DNA of 64,000 nucleotides from Clostridia bacterium. GTDB taxonomy: Bacteria; Bacillota; Clostridia; Oscillospirales; Acutalibacteraceae. Of this stretch, positions 36,091-45,697 are shown in pieces (position 1 is the first letter of the stretch; each line of letters opens with the position of its first letter). The stretch spans positions 61,219 through 125,218 of the forward strand of contig JAFXAP010000011.1 in NCBI GenBank assembly GCA_017516965.1. Direction: 5' to 3'. The notes under the pieces are model-generated. The model saw nothing but the letters and a program-made list of their open reading frames with translations, was not told the DNA's origin and searched no databases. A program made the position numbers and the translations under genes.

Positions 36091-37086
36091 ATGAGAATCG
36101 TAGTTGATGCTTTTGGTGGAGATAATGCTCCACTCGAAATTGTTAAGGGTGCATCCTTGGCTTCTATGCAGTTTCAGACTGAAATTACATTAACCGGTAA
36201 AAAGGAAGAAATTGAAAATATTATCAATGAAAACAATCTGAAGTTTTTTGGTGAACTAATGATTGTTGATACCGATGATGTAATTACTATGGAAGATGAT
36301 CCAACAACAATTCTTAAATCACATTCGGGTTCATCTATGGCGCTTGCATTTAAAGAACTGTGTGAAAATCGCGCAGACGCATTTGTTTCGGCAGGTTCTA
36401 CAGGTGCAATAGTTGTTGGCGGTACGCTGATTGTTAAAAGAATAAAGGGGATTAAGCGTCCTGCTCTTGGAGGACTTATTCCGTCTCCTGATGGTCATTA
36501 TATGCTTATGGATATGGGCGCCAATGCAGAATGTCGTCCTGAAATGCTTGCGCAATTTGGTATAATGGCAAGCGTTTATCTCGAAAAGGTCGAGGGAATC
36601 GAAAATCCTAAAATTGGTTTGCTTAATATCGGTGTTGAAGATACCAAGGGTGATGAACTTCGTGTAGAAGCATATAAATTGCTAAAAGAAACGCCGATTA
36701 ATTTTGTTGGTAATGTTGAATCGCGTGAAATGCCAAAAGGCGTTTGTGACGCTGTTATTGCCGATGGTTATACAGGTAATATTGCGCTTAAACTTATCGA
36801 AGGAACTTCAATTACTCTCTTTAAAATGATTAAGGGCGCTCTTTATAAAAATATTTTAAACAAAATTGCCGCTTTAATTTTAAAGAAAGACCTTTATGCG
36901 CTTAAATCTATGATGGACAGTTCAGAGGTTGGTGGCGCACCACTTTTAGGCGTAAGCAAACCTGTTATCAAAGCGCACGGCAGTTCTGATGCTAAGGCTA
37001 TAAAAAATGCTATTCGTCAGGCAATTATTTTTACTGAAAAGAATGTTATTAATACCATTAGCGAAAATTTAGTTAAATCGGAGTAA
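36091..37086 (+). CDS. plsX: Phosphate acyltransferase PlsX
   Basis: MRIVVDAFGGDNAP and ..GAPLLG..KPVIKAHGSS... GGGGAG lies 8 nt before the ATG at 36091. Confidence 0.9.
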   Translation: MRIVVDAFGGDNAPLEIVKGASLASMQFQTEITLTGKKEEIENIINENNLKFFGELMIVDTDDVITMEDDPTTILKSHSGSSMALAFKELCENRADAFVSAGSTGAIVVGGTLIVKRIKGIKRPALGGLIPSPDGHYMLMDMGANAECRPEMLAQFGIMASVYLEKVEGIENPKIGLLNIGVEDTKGDELRVEAYKLLKETPINFVGNVESREMPKGVCDAVIADGYTGNIALKLIEGTSITLFKMIKGALYKNILNKIAALILKKDLYALKSMMDSSEVGGAPLLGVSKPVIKAHGSSDAKAIKNAIRQAIIFTEKNVINTISENLVKSE

Positions 37087-37091
37087 TTTAA

Positions 37092-37775
37092 ATGCAAACG
37101 CTTGAAGCTAGATTAAAATATAAATTTAATAATATTGGGCTTTTAAAAAATGCGCTTGTTCATTCGTCATACGCTAACGAAGTAAGAGGCAATACCCATT
37201 CTAACGAAAGATTAGAATTCTTGGGTGATTCGGTTTTATCAATCATTGTTGCCGATCACATTTATCATAAATTTCCCAATTTACCTGAGGGCGAACTCAC
37301 AAGAATGAGAGCTTCGCTTGTTTGTGAAAAAACGTTATGTGCTTTTTCGCGGGAATTGGGTATTGGCGAATATCTGTCCCTTGGTCGTGGCGAAGACAAA
37401 AACGGCGGTAGGGAACGCGACTCTATACTTGCTGACGCGTTTGAAGCGGTTCTTGCTGCAATATATCTTGATGGTGGTATGACTGCCGCTAAAAATCACA
37501 TTATGAACACTGTTTTGCGTGATTTAGAGCACCATTCTGATGAAGACTCTTTTAAAGATTTTAAGACAACGTTGCAAGAAATTATTCAGCGTAATCCTGA
37601 AGAGAGTGTTTCATATACATTGCTTGATGAAACAGGACCCGACCACGATAAACAGTTTAAAGTTGCAGTAAAACTTAATTCAAATATTATTGGTACAGGT
37701 GTGGGTAAAAGTAAAAAACAAGCCGAACAAATGGCAGCGCATCAGGCACTTAAACTGATGGGTGAAGATGTATGA
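37092..37775 (+). CDS. rnc: Ribonuclease III
   Basis: RNase III signature NERLEFLGDSVL plus a C-terminal dsRBD (..GKSKKQAEQMAA..AL). Confidence 0.95.
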   Translation: MQTLEARLKYKFNNIGLLKNALVHSSYANEVRGNTHSNERLEFLGDSVLSIIVADHIYHKFPNLPEGELTRMRASLVCEKTLCAFSRELGIGEYLSLGRGEDKNGGRERDSILADAFEAVLAAIYLDGGMTAAKNHIMNTVLRDLEHHSDEDSFKDFKTTLQEIIQRNPEESVSYTLLDETGPDHDKQFKVAVKLNSNIIGTGVGKSKKQAEQMAAHQALKLMGEDV

Positions 37776-38764
37776 GTGCAGGTCATTCAAACATTTCAAT
37801 TTTTGTTCCGCATATTGGTTGCCCAAATATGTGCAGTTTCTGCAATCAACGTCATATTACCGGAACACATTCCGCCCCTAAAGCGCAAGATGTTATAAAA
37901 GCTGTAAAAATTGCCACATGTTCGCCTAAATACAATCCAAATACTACCGAGATTGCTTTTTTTGGCGGAAGTTTTACGGCTATAAATCGTACATATATGA
38001 AAACCTTACTTGAAACTGCATATAACTTTGTAAAAAAAGGTACAGTTTCAGGAATAAGAATTTCTACACGTCCTGATGCGATTGACGAAGATATACTAAA
38101 TCTTTTAAAGGATTTTGGAGTTACTTCAATCGAACTTGGTGCACAAAGTCTTAATGATGAAGTTTTACTGCTTAACAATAGAGGGCATAATGCGCAAGAT
38201 GTTGTTGACGCATCAAAACTTATTAAAAAGCACGGTTTTTCTTTAGGACTGCAAATGATGACAGGCTTATATGGTGATTGTGATGAATTTGCTATTTCTA
38301 CAGCGCAAAAAATAATTGATTTGTGTCCTGATACTGTTAGAATTTATCCTACTATTGTGCTAAAAAACACCGATTTGGCGGCACTTTATATAGACAAAAA
38401 ATTTGAGCCACAATCATTGGAAGACGCTGTAGAATTATGTTCTAAACTTTTAATAATGTTTGATGATGCAAACATTAACGTTATTCGATTAGGACTACAT
38501 TCAATCGAGCAAGATAGTTTTATTGCAGGTCCGTGGCATCCTGCTTTTAGCGAACTTTGTTATTCAAAAATATTTTTAAAAAATGCTAAAAATTTGCTTT
38601 TTGAAAAGGGAAGTTATATTCTATATGTTAACCCATCTTCAGTTTCAAAGATGATTGGACAGCACAGGGTTAACATTGATAGTTTGAAAAAACTCGGTTT
38701 TGATTGCATTGTGAAAACTGATAGTTCACTTGATATTAATGATATCAAAGCCGAAAGGAGATAA
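37772..38764 (+). CDS. Radical SAM protein (Elp3-like domain), function unknown
   Basis: CPNMCSFCNQ (CxxxCxxC) near the N-terminus. It has the conserved Clostridia position between rnc and smc. Confidence 0.7.
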   Translation: MSAGHSNISIFVPHIGCPNMCSFCNQRHITGTHSAPKAQDVIKAVKIATCSPKYNPNTTEIAFFGGSFTAINRTYMKTLLETAYNFVKKGTVSGIRISTRPDAIDEDILNLLKDFGVTSIELGAQSLNDEVLLLNNRGHNAQDVVDASKLIKKHGFSLGLQMMTGLYGDCDEFAISTAQKIIDLCPDTVRIYPTIVLKNTDLAALYIDKKFEPQSLEDAVELCSKLLIMFDDANINVIRLGLHSIEQDSFIAGPWHPAFSELCYSKIFLKNAKNLLFEKGSYILYVNPSSVSKMIGQHRVNIDSLKKLGFDCIVKTDSSLDINDIKAERR

Positions 38765-38766
38765 AA

Positions 38767-41700
38767 ATGCTTTTAAGTTCAATACAAATTCAAGGGTTTA
38801 AGTCTTTTGCCGATAAAACGGTGCTTAAATTTGGACGTGGAATTACTGCAGTTGTTGGTCCAAATGGTAGCGGTAAAAGTAATATTTCTGATGCTGTGCG
38901 TTGGGTTTTGGGTGAACAATCTACCAAAAGCTTACGTGGTCAGTCTATGGAAGATGTTATTTTTGGTGGAACAGACACTCGTCGTCCACACGGCTTTTGT
39001 GAAGTAACTCTTAATATTGATAATGCTGATCGCACCCTTAATTTTGATAATGATTTTGTATCTATAACACGTAGATTTTATCGTTCACACGAAAGTGAGT
39101 ATCTTATAAATAATGTTTCTGTTCGTCTTAAAGACGTTCATGAACTTTTTATGGATACAGGTCTTGGTCGAGACGGTTATTCAATGATAGGTCAAGGTAA
39201 AATTGATAACATCATCAGCACAAAATCTGATGAGCGTCGTGACATTTTTGAAGAGGCATCGGGTATATCTAAATATCGTTATCGTAAAACCGAGGCTGAG
39301 CGCAAACTTACCGCTGCCGAGGATAATTTGTTGCGCCTTAAAGATATTTTGGATGAGTTAGAGTCACGAGTTGGACCACTCGAAGAGCAAAGCAAAAAGG
39401 CTGAGAAATTTTTAACCCTTGCCGAAGAAAAAAAGCAACTTGAAATTGGTCTTTGGCTATATACTCTTAATAATTCTAAAGACGCTTTGCGCACACAAGA
39501 AAGTAAAATTGCCGCTGCGCAAATGCAATATAAAGAAATAGAACAAGCTCTTACTGATTTTGATGCAAAATCAGAGGAAAACACCGCAAGGTTTGCTTTT
39601 ATAACTTCTCAGATTGAAAATATTCGTCAAAGAATATCTGCTTCTAATGAAGAAACGGTGAAATTTGAGGGTGAAATTTCGGTTTTAAACAATGATATTT
39701 TGCACAATAATGAGACAATCGAACGTTTGAATGCAGAAAAATCAGCTTTAGAAGAATCGGATATAACCGCCAAGCAGGAAGCATCACTTAAACGCAGTGA
39801 GGCGCAAAAAAAGCAGATAAGTATTGATGAATTAAATAAAAAACTTTCAGAATTTGAAAATAGTCTCAATAATCTTTTAAGCGATAGTGAAAGCATTTCA
39901 AGAAAAATTGAAGACCAAATCAAATCACTAAATTTGTTATCGGTTAAATCATCTGATTTGCGTGTAGAAATGACCACATCAACGGCTTCAATGGATGAAA
40001 TCAATTCACGTAAAGCGGTTATTTTTGAATTAATCGAACAAAATGAAAATGAAAATAGTATTCTTCAAATAGATTTTGATGAAACAAACCAACTTGTAAA
40101 TAAAATTGATGAAGAAATTATTTCTTTGCAAAACTCTATCAAGGGTTATGAGCTTCGCCTTGAAAACCGTGTAGACGAGCAAAAAGATCTTTTAGAAAAA
40201 AGCACCGGATTACACCTTGACATTGAAGAAAAACGCCGTAGAGTACAAATTCTTAAAGAACTTGAGAACAATATGGAAGGTTTTTCTCACGCTGTTAAAA
40301 AGGTTGTTTCTGAATCCGAAAAGGGTATTTTGCGCGGTGTTCACGGTCCTTTATCAAAACTTATTTCGGTTGATAAAAAATATTCAGTTGCTATTGAAAC
40401 GGCTCTTGGCAATGCCGTTCAAAACGTTGTTGTCGAAACAGAAGCCGATGCAAAGCGTGCAATGAATTACCTAAAGACCAACAATGCAGGTCGTGCAACA
40501 TTTATGCCTGTTACTTCTACTACAGCGCGTGAATTTAAAGAAAACGGTTTTGATGATATTTTTGGTTTTATTGGTGTTGCATCCGACCTTGTAAACGTTG
40601 ATGAAAAATATCAAACCATAATTAAGCATTTACTTGCAGGTACTGTTGTAACAGAAGATATTGACAGCGCAACAACACTTGCAAAAAAATATAATTATCG
40701 AGTTAAAGTGGTGTCACTTGACGGACAGGTTATTAATCCGGGCGGTACTTATACAGGTGGTTCACTTGTAAAGCAAGCGGGTATGCTAAGCCGCGCGGCT
40801 GATATTAAACGTATTGAGTCTGAAATCGAAAAACTACAAGATAAAGAAAAAACAACACTCAAACTTCTTGATGAAGCAAATTCTGCCGTAGCTGAAGTTA
40901 ATGCAAACATTGTTGCTATTAGAGCCGACCTTACTAATGCTAACGAAGATAAAATTCGCGCTTTAGCTGAACTAAAACGCATTGACGAGCTTATAAACAA
41001 TGTTAAATCGACCATTGCATCACTTATTGAAGAGCGTGATGGTAGCGATGAAAAAATTAAATTACTTGAGCAAAAATCTAACACAGCAGCAAAAGAAATT
41101 GCTGAAATTGAGTCGCAAAAATCGTTAATTCAAGCTGAAATTGACCAAATGACAGGTGGTAGAGACACTCTTTCACAAAAGCGTGAAGAATTAACAACAA
41201 AAATCACCGATATTAAACTTCAGATAATTGAAAACAAAAAAGATGTTGACTCACTTATTTATTCTGCAAATGATATTGAAAATTCAATTAGCAACAGAGC
41301 CCTTCGCGCTGGTGAGATTGACTCTGAAATTGCTGCAGTAAATTATAAAATTACTCAGCTAAAAACCGATATTTCTTCACACATAGATGAGATTGATAAT
41401 ATCAAGCAAAAAATTGTTGATTACAACAAAGAAATAGAGAATCTTATGAGTGAAAGAAACGAGGTTGAAAAATCAGGAATTGAACTCCGTTCAAGTGAAC
41501 GTGAAAGAACACTTGAACGTGAAAAAATCGGTGGGGAACTTGCGCGTCTTACCGAGCGCAAGGATGTTATGATGAAAGAGTATGACGATGTTATACGTCA
41601 GCTTTATGATGAATATCAACTTACCAAGAGCGAAGCTGAAAATGTTGCAATTGAAATCGAAAAACCGGCAGAAGCCAAAAAGCAACTTGCAGAAACAAAA

Positions 41701-42345
41701 TCAAAGATACGCGCACTTGGTAATGTAAACGTTTCAGCCATCGAAGAATACAAAGAAGTTAAAGAGCGTTATGACTTTATGAACGCTCAGGTTGAAGATG
41801 TTGAAAAGGCGCGTACCGAACTTCGCAAACTTATTAATCAACTCACAGCGCAAATGCAAGAAATGTTTGTTGTAGGTTTTGCAAAAATCAATGAAAACTT
41901 CACCAAAACATTTAAAGAACTTTTTGGCGGCGGTAGTGCAGAACTTAAACTCACCGACCCGGATAACGTTCTTGAAAGTGGTATTGATATCGAGGCTCGT
42001 TTGCCCGGAAAAAATGTACCTAGTCTTAACGGACTTTCCGGTGGTGAAAAGGCGCTTGTTGCCCTTTCTATTTACTTTGCAATTATGAAGGTAAATGCTC
42101 CGCCATTCTGCTTCTTGGACGAGGTTGATACAGCGCTTGACGACATTAACGTTGATCGTTTTGCTGATTATATGAAACGTTCTGATTTTAATACTCAGTT
42201 TATTTGCGTAACACACCGTCGTGGCACTATGGAATCTGCTGATATGCTTTATGGTGTTACAATGCAGGAAAAGGGTGTTACAAAATTACTTGAGCTAAAT
42301 GTTGCAGAACTTGAAAAGAAACTGCTTGAAAATCAAGGCGCATAA
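38767..42345 (+). CDS. smc: Chromosome segregation protein SMC
   Basis: Walker A GPNGSGKSN, long coiled coils, a hinge, signature LSGGEKAL and Walker B FCFLDEVD. 1192 aa. Confidence 0.95.
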   Translation: MLLSSIQIQGFKSFADKTVLKFGRGITAVVGPNGSGKSNISDAVRWVLGEQSTKSLRGQSMEDVIFGGTDTRRPHGFCEVTLNIDNADRTLNFDNDFVSITRRFYRSHESEYLINNVSVRLKDVHELFMDTGLGRDGYSMIGQGKIDNIISTKSDERRDIFEEASGISKYRYRKTEAERKLTAAEDNLLRLKDILDELESRVGPLEEQSKKAEKFLTLAEEKKQLEIGLWLYTLNNSKDALRTQESKIAAAQMQYKEIEQALTDFDAKSEENTARFAFITSQIENIRQRISASNEETVKFEGEISVLNNDILHNNETIERLNAEKSALEESDITAKQEASLKRSEAQKKQISIDELNKKLSEFENSLNNLLSDSESISRKIEDQIKSLNLLSVKSSDLRVEMTTSTASMDEINSRKAVIFELIEQNENENSILQIDFDETNQLVNKIDEEIISLQNSIKGYELRLENRVDEQKDLLEKSTGLHLDIEEKRRRVQILKELENNMEGFSHAVKKVVSESEKGILRGVHGPLSKLISVDKKYSVAIETALGNAVQNVVVETEADAKRAMNYLKTNNAGRATFMPVTSTTAREFKENGFDDIFGFIGVASDLVNVDEKYQTIIKHLLAGTVVTEDIDSATTLAKKYNYRVKVVSLDGQVINPGGTYTGGSLVKQAGMLSRAADIKRIESEIEKLQDKEKTTLKLLDEANSAVAEVNANIVAIRADLTNANEDKIRALAELKRIDELINNVKSTIASLIEERDGSDEKIKLLEQKSNTAAKEIAEIESQKSLIQAEIDQMTGGRDTLSQKREELTTKITDIKLQIIENKKDVDSLIYSANDIENSISNRALRAGEIDSEIAAVNYKITQLKTDISSHIDEIDNIKQKIVDYNKEIENLMSERNEVEKSGIELRSSERERTLEREKIGGELARLTERKDVMMKEYDDVIRQLYDEYQLTKSEAENVAIEIEKPAEAKKQLAETKSKIRALGNVNVSAIEEYKEVKERYDFMNAQVEDVEKARTELRKLINQLTAQMQEMFVVGFAKINENFTKTFKELFGGGSAELKLTDPDNVLESGIDIEARLPGKNVPSLNGLSGGEKALVALSIYFAIMKVNAPPFCFLDEVDTALDDINVDRFADYMKRSDFNTQFICVTHRRGTMESADMLYGVTMQEKGVTKLLELNVAELEKKLLENQGA

Positions 42346-42366
42346 TTTTAAGGAGAAATAATTTTA

Positions 42367-43281
42367 ATGGGATTTTTTAGCAAAATTAAAGCCGGTCTTC
42401 AAAAGACAAAGGCCAGCATTTCCGAAGGAATTACAAGCATTGTAAACAGCTTTACAAAAATTGACGAGGATTTTTTTGAAGAACTTGTAGAAATACTTGT
42501 TATGTCAGATATCGGTGTAGAAACTTCAGTCAAAATTTGTGATGAATTACGTGCGCGTGTAAAGCGTGACGGTATTACAGACCCCAATATGATTAAGGGT
42601 ATTATGCACAACATAATTATCGAAATGCTCGGTAGTGACAGTTCTCTTAACCTTGATACAAAACCATCGGTTATATTGGTTATCGGTGTCAATGGTGTTG
42701 GTAAAACTACCACTATTGGTAAGTTATCGCTAATGTTAAAAAATAGTGGTAAAAAGGTAGTTTTAGGCGCTGCTGACACATTTCGCGCTGCCGCAATTGA
42801 CCAACTCGGCATTTGGGCACAGCGCGCTGATGTTAATATGGTAAAAAGTGTTGAGGGCTCTGACCCTGCGTCTGTTGTATTTGATACGATTGCGTCTGCA
42901 AAATCAAAAGGCGCCGATGTTATAATTTGTGATACTGCGGGTCGACTTCACAATAAAAAAGACCTTATGGACGAACTTGCTAAAATTTATCGAATTATTA
43001 AAAGGGAATTGCCTGATTCTTCTATCGAGACTCTTTTAGTTCTTGATGCGGCTACAGGTCAAAATGCAGTTAATCAGGCGCGCGAGTTTAAAAATGTTGC
43101 TGATATTACAGGAATTGTGCTTACCAAGCTTGACGGAACTGCAAAGGGTGGTATTGTTATTGCAATTCATAATGAACTTGGAATTCCTGTTAAATATGTA
43201 GGTGTCGGCGAGGGAATAGATGATCTACAACCATTCAGCGCTAAAGAATTTACCGATGGAATTTTTGATTTAGGTGAATGA
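42367..43281 (+). CDS. ftsY: Signal recognition particle receptor FtsY
   Basis: NG domain with GVNGVGKTTTIGKL, DTAGR and TKLDGTAKGG. Confidence 0.95.
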   Translation: MGFFSKIKAGLQKTKASISEGITSIVNSFTKIDEDFFEELVEILVMSDIGVETSVKICDELRARVKRDGITDPNMIKGIMHNIIIEMLGSDSSLNLDTKPSVILVIGVNGVGKTTTIGKLSLMLKNSGKKVVLGAADTFRAAAIDQLGIWAQRADVNMVKSVEGSDPASVVFDTIASAKSKGADVIICDTAGRLHNKKDLMDELAKIYRIIKRELPDSSIETLLVLDAATGQNAVNQAREFKNVADITGIVLTKLDGTAKGGIVIAIHNELGIPVKYVGVGEGIDDLQPFSAKEFTDGIFDLGE

Positions 43282-43282
43282 T

Positions 43283-43885
43283 ATGAAGATATTTATTGCA
43301 ACTAAAAATCAAAAAAAACTTACAGAACTCAGTAGAATTTTAGTTCCAATGGGCTTTGAAGTTTTAAGTCAAAAAGATTTTAGCGAAGAGTTTCCCGAAC
43401 CGATTGAGGATGGAACCACATTTGAAGAAAATGCCATCATCAAGGCAAAAGACGGTCTAAAAAACACAGGACTCATATCGGTCGCCGATGATTCGGGTAT
43501 TTGTGTTGATTATCTTGACGGTGCGCCAGGCATCTATTCAGCGCGCTATTCAGGTGAGCATGGCGATGATGAGTCTAATAACCAAAAACTGCTTAGTGAA
43601 CTTGACGGTGTACCACTTGAAAAACGTACTGCAAGATATGTAGCGGCTATTGCGTGTGTTTTTCCTGATGGTAAACAATTTACTGTAAGAGGCGAGTGCG
43701 AGGGCAAAATCGGATTTGAACCAAAAGGTAACAACGGTTTTGGTTATGACCCTTATTTTATAAGTGAACTTGGTGTTATGGCTGAACTTACTGCCGAACA
43801 AAAAGACAGTATAAGTCATCGCGGTAAAGCGCTCGAATTATTTAAAGAAGAACTAAAAAAATATATAAATACAGATGAGGAATAA
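43283..43885 (+). CDS. rdgB: Non-canonical purine NTP pyrophosphatase (RdgB/HAM1 family)
   Basis: IFIATKNQKK..E and ..FGYDPYF...T.AEL....K..ISHRG.A. Confidence 0.9.
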   Translation: MKIFIATKNQKKLTELSRILVPMGFEVLSQKDFSEEFPEPIEDGTTFEENAIIKAKDGLKNTGLISVADDSGICVDYLDGAPGIYSARYSGEHGDDESNNQKLLSELDGVPLEKRTARYVAAIACVFPDGKQFTVRGECEGKIGFEPKGNNGFGYDPYFISELGVMAELTAEQKDSISHRGKALELFKEELKKYINTDEE

Positions 43886-43887
43886 TA

Positions 43888-44181
43888 ATGTTAAATAGCA
43901 GACAAAGAGCTCAGCTTCGCGGTATGGCAAATACCTATGAAGCAATTTTTCAGGTTGGAAAAGGTGGCATAAACGATCAACTTATTATACAGGTTGATGA
44001 AGCCTTAGAAGCACGCGAACTTATTAAAATGCGTGTTCTTGAAACCTGTCCCGAATCTTCAAGAACCGCGGCAGATACTATTGCCGAGCGAGTAGGCGCT
44101 GATGTGGTACAGGTTATCGGTTACAGATTTATTCTTTACCGTGAAAGTAAAAACAACAAAACGATTAAATTGGTGAAATAA
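43888..44181 (+). CDS. yhbY: YhbY-family (CRM domain) ribosome-assembly RNA-binding protein
   Basis: LNSRQRAQLRGMAN....IFQVGKGGI.....QVDEALEARELIK. Confidence 0.85.
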   Translation: MLNSRQRAQLRGMANTYEAIFQVGKGGINDQLIIQVDEALEARELIKMRVLETCPESSRTAADTIAERVGADVVQVIGYRFILYRESKNNKTIKLVK

Positions 44182-44763
44182 ATGTCAAATATTGCGATTT
44201 TTGGCGGAACTTTTAATCCGTTTCATATTGGGCATTACCAAATGTTAAATGCAATTTGTGAGCTTGATTTTATTGATAAGGTTTTTGTGATGCCTGATAA
44301 AATACCACCACACAAGGAATTTGATAATGTGGTTGATGATTTGCATCGTAAAAATATGTGCCAAATTGTTTGTGATGACTTTTCAAAAGCTCAACTTTGT
44401 CTCATAGAGTTTGAACGTGAGGGTAAAAGTTATTCTATTGATACGGTAAAACTACTTAAAGAAAAACATCCTAACGATAAGTTTTACTTTGTAATAGGCG
44501 GAGATATGTTATCAAGTCTTGATAGTTGGTATAACTGGCAAGAACTTATAAAGCTTGTACCATTTATTGCTTTTAAGCGTGAGGGACTGCTGAGTTTTGA
44601 TGAAGATCATAATCGTCTTAGCGCTTATGGCGCTGATATAAAAGTTGTTAATGCCAAAATTGATGATATTTCGTCAACTCAATTGCGACAAAAAATTGAT
44701 AAAAATTTATTACCGGAAAAAGTATATAATTACATTATTCAAAAAGGAATTTATAATGTCTGA
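44182..44763 (+). CDS. nadD: Nicotinate-nucleotide adenylyltransferase
   Basis: IAIFGGTFNPFHIGH and ..ISST.LR.... Confidence 0.9.
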   Translation: MSNIAIFGGTFNPFHIGHYQMLNAICELDFIDKVFVMPDKIPPHKEFDNVVDDLHRKNMCQIVCDDFSKAQLCLIEFEREGKSYSIDTVKLLKEKHPNDKFYFVIGGDMLSSLDSWYNWQELIKLVPFIAFKREGLLSFDEDHNRLSAYGADIKVVNAKIDDISSTQLRQKIDKNLLPEKVYNYIIQKGIYNV

Positions 44764-45331
44764 AAAATATTTGGAATATAAAGAAATTTTACAAAAACGT
44801 TTAACACCTAAACGTTATAACCATTCGCTTTGTGTAGCCGATGAAGCAGTTCGACTAGCTCGAAAATATGGCGGTGATTGTGAAAAGGCTTATCTTGCGG
44901 GTTTGTTGCATGATATAACAAAAAATGCATCACAAGAAGAACACTTGCATATCTTTTCGGAATTTGATATAATGCTAAACGATATCGAAAAATCAGCAGA
45001 AAAATTATGGCATGCTATAAGTGGTGCCGCATATTTAGAACACATTCTTAAGGTTGATGATGAAGAAATTATAACTGCTGTGCGTTATCATACAACAGCA
45101 AGAGAAAATATGACACATCTTGAAAAAATTTTGTATCTTGCTGATTTTACTTCGCGAGACCGTGATTATGACGACGTTGATATAATGCGTCAAAAGGTTG
45201 AAATTTCAATGGAAGCGGCGCTTTGTTATGCTTTGTCATACACAATAAATGATTTAGTGTCGCGCGAAAAGCCACTTCATATTGATACTGTAAAGGCATA
45301 TAACCAGATTGCTTTGGAAGGAGAAAATTAA
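44756..45331 (+). CDS. yqeK: HD-domain bis(5'-nucleosyl)-tetraphosphatase YqeK
   Basis: RYNHSLCVA.....LAGLLHDITK gives the HD motif. The ATG at 44756 overlaps the nadD stop (ATGTCTGA). This fits the nadD-yqeK-rsfS synteny. Confidence 0.85.
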   Translation: MSEKYLEYKEILQKRLTPKRYNHSLCVADEAVRLARKYGGDCEKAYLAGLLHDITKNASQEEHLHIFSEFDIMLNDIEKSAEKLWHAISGAAYLEHILKVDDEEIITAVRYHTTARENMTHLEKILYLADFTSRDRDYDDVDIMRQKVEISMEAALCYALSYTINDLVSREKPLHIDTVKAYNQIALEGEN

Positions 45332-45696
45332 TGGATTCTGAAAACATTTTAAAGGTAGCGGCAAACGCTTTAAATAACAAAAAGGCTAAACAGTTAAAGG
45401 CTTTAAAAATTGACAACCTTACAACACTGGCTGACTATTTTTTAATTGCTACGGCAACATCTTCTACCCACGTTCGTGCGCTTGCTGATGAGGTGGAAGA
45501 TAAGTTAGCAGAAATATCAATTGAACCCCATCATATAGAAGGTAAATCTACAGGATGGATTGTGCTTGATTACACATCGGTTATTGTTCACGTGTTTACA
45601 CCAAATGAACGTGAGTTTTATAATCTTGACAGTATGTGGAGCGACGCAGAAGAAATAAGTTTAGAAACAATTCTTGATGAAGCAGAGGGCGATTAA
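45331..45696 (+). CDS. rsfS: Ribosome silencing factor RsfS
   Basis: ..[22 protein letters not shown]...GW.VLDY..VIVHVF....R.FY.L...W. Confidence 0.9.
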   Translation: MDSENILKVAANALNNKKAKQLKALKIDNLTTLADYFLIATATSSTHVRALADEVEDKLAEISIEPHHIEGKSTGWIVLDYTSVIVHVFTPNEREFYNLDSMWSDAEEISLETILDEAEGD

Positions 45697-45697
45697 G

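Noticed and set aside
41734-42216. A 160-aa minus-strand ORF inside smc, together with similar antisense ORFs inside gpsA (57103-57639), ftsY (42399-42812) and topA
   Set aside because: They are embedded antisense in high-confidence genes, with no SD and low-complexity translations.
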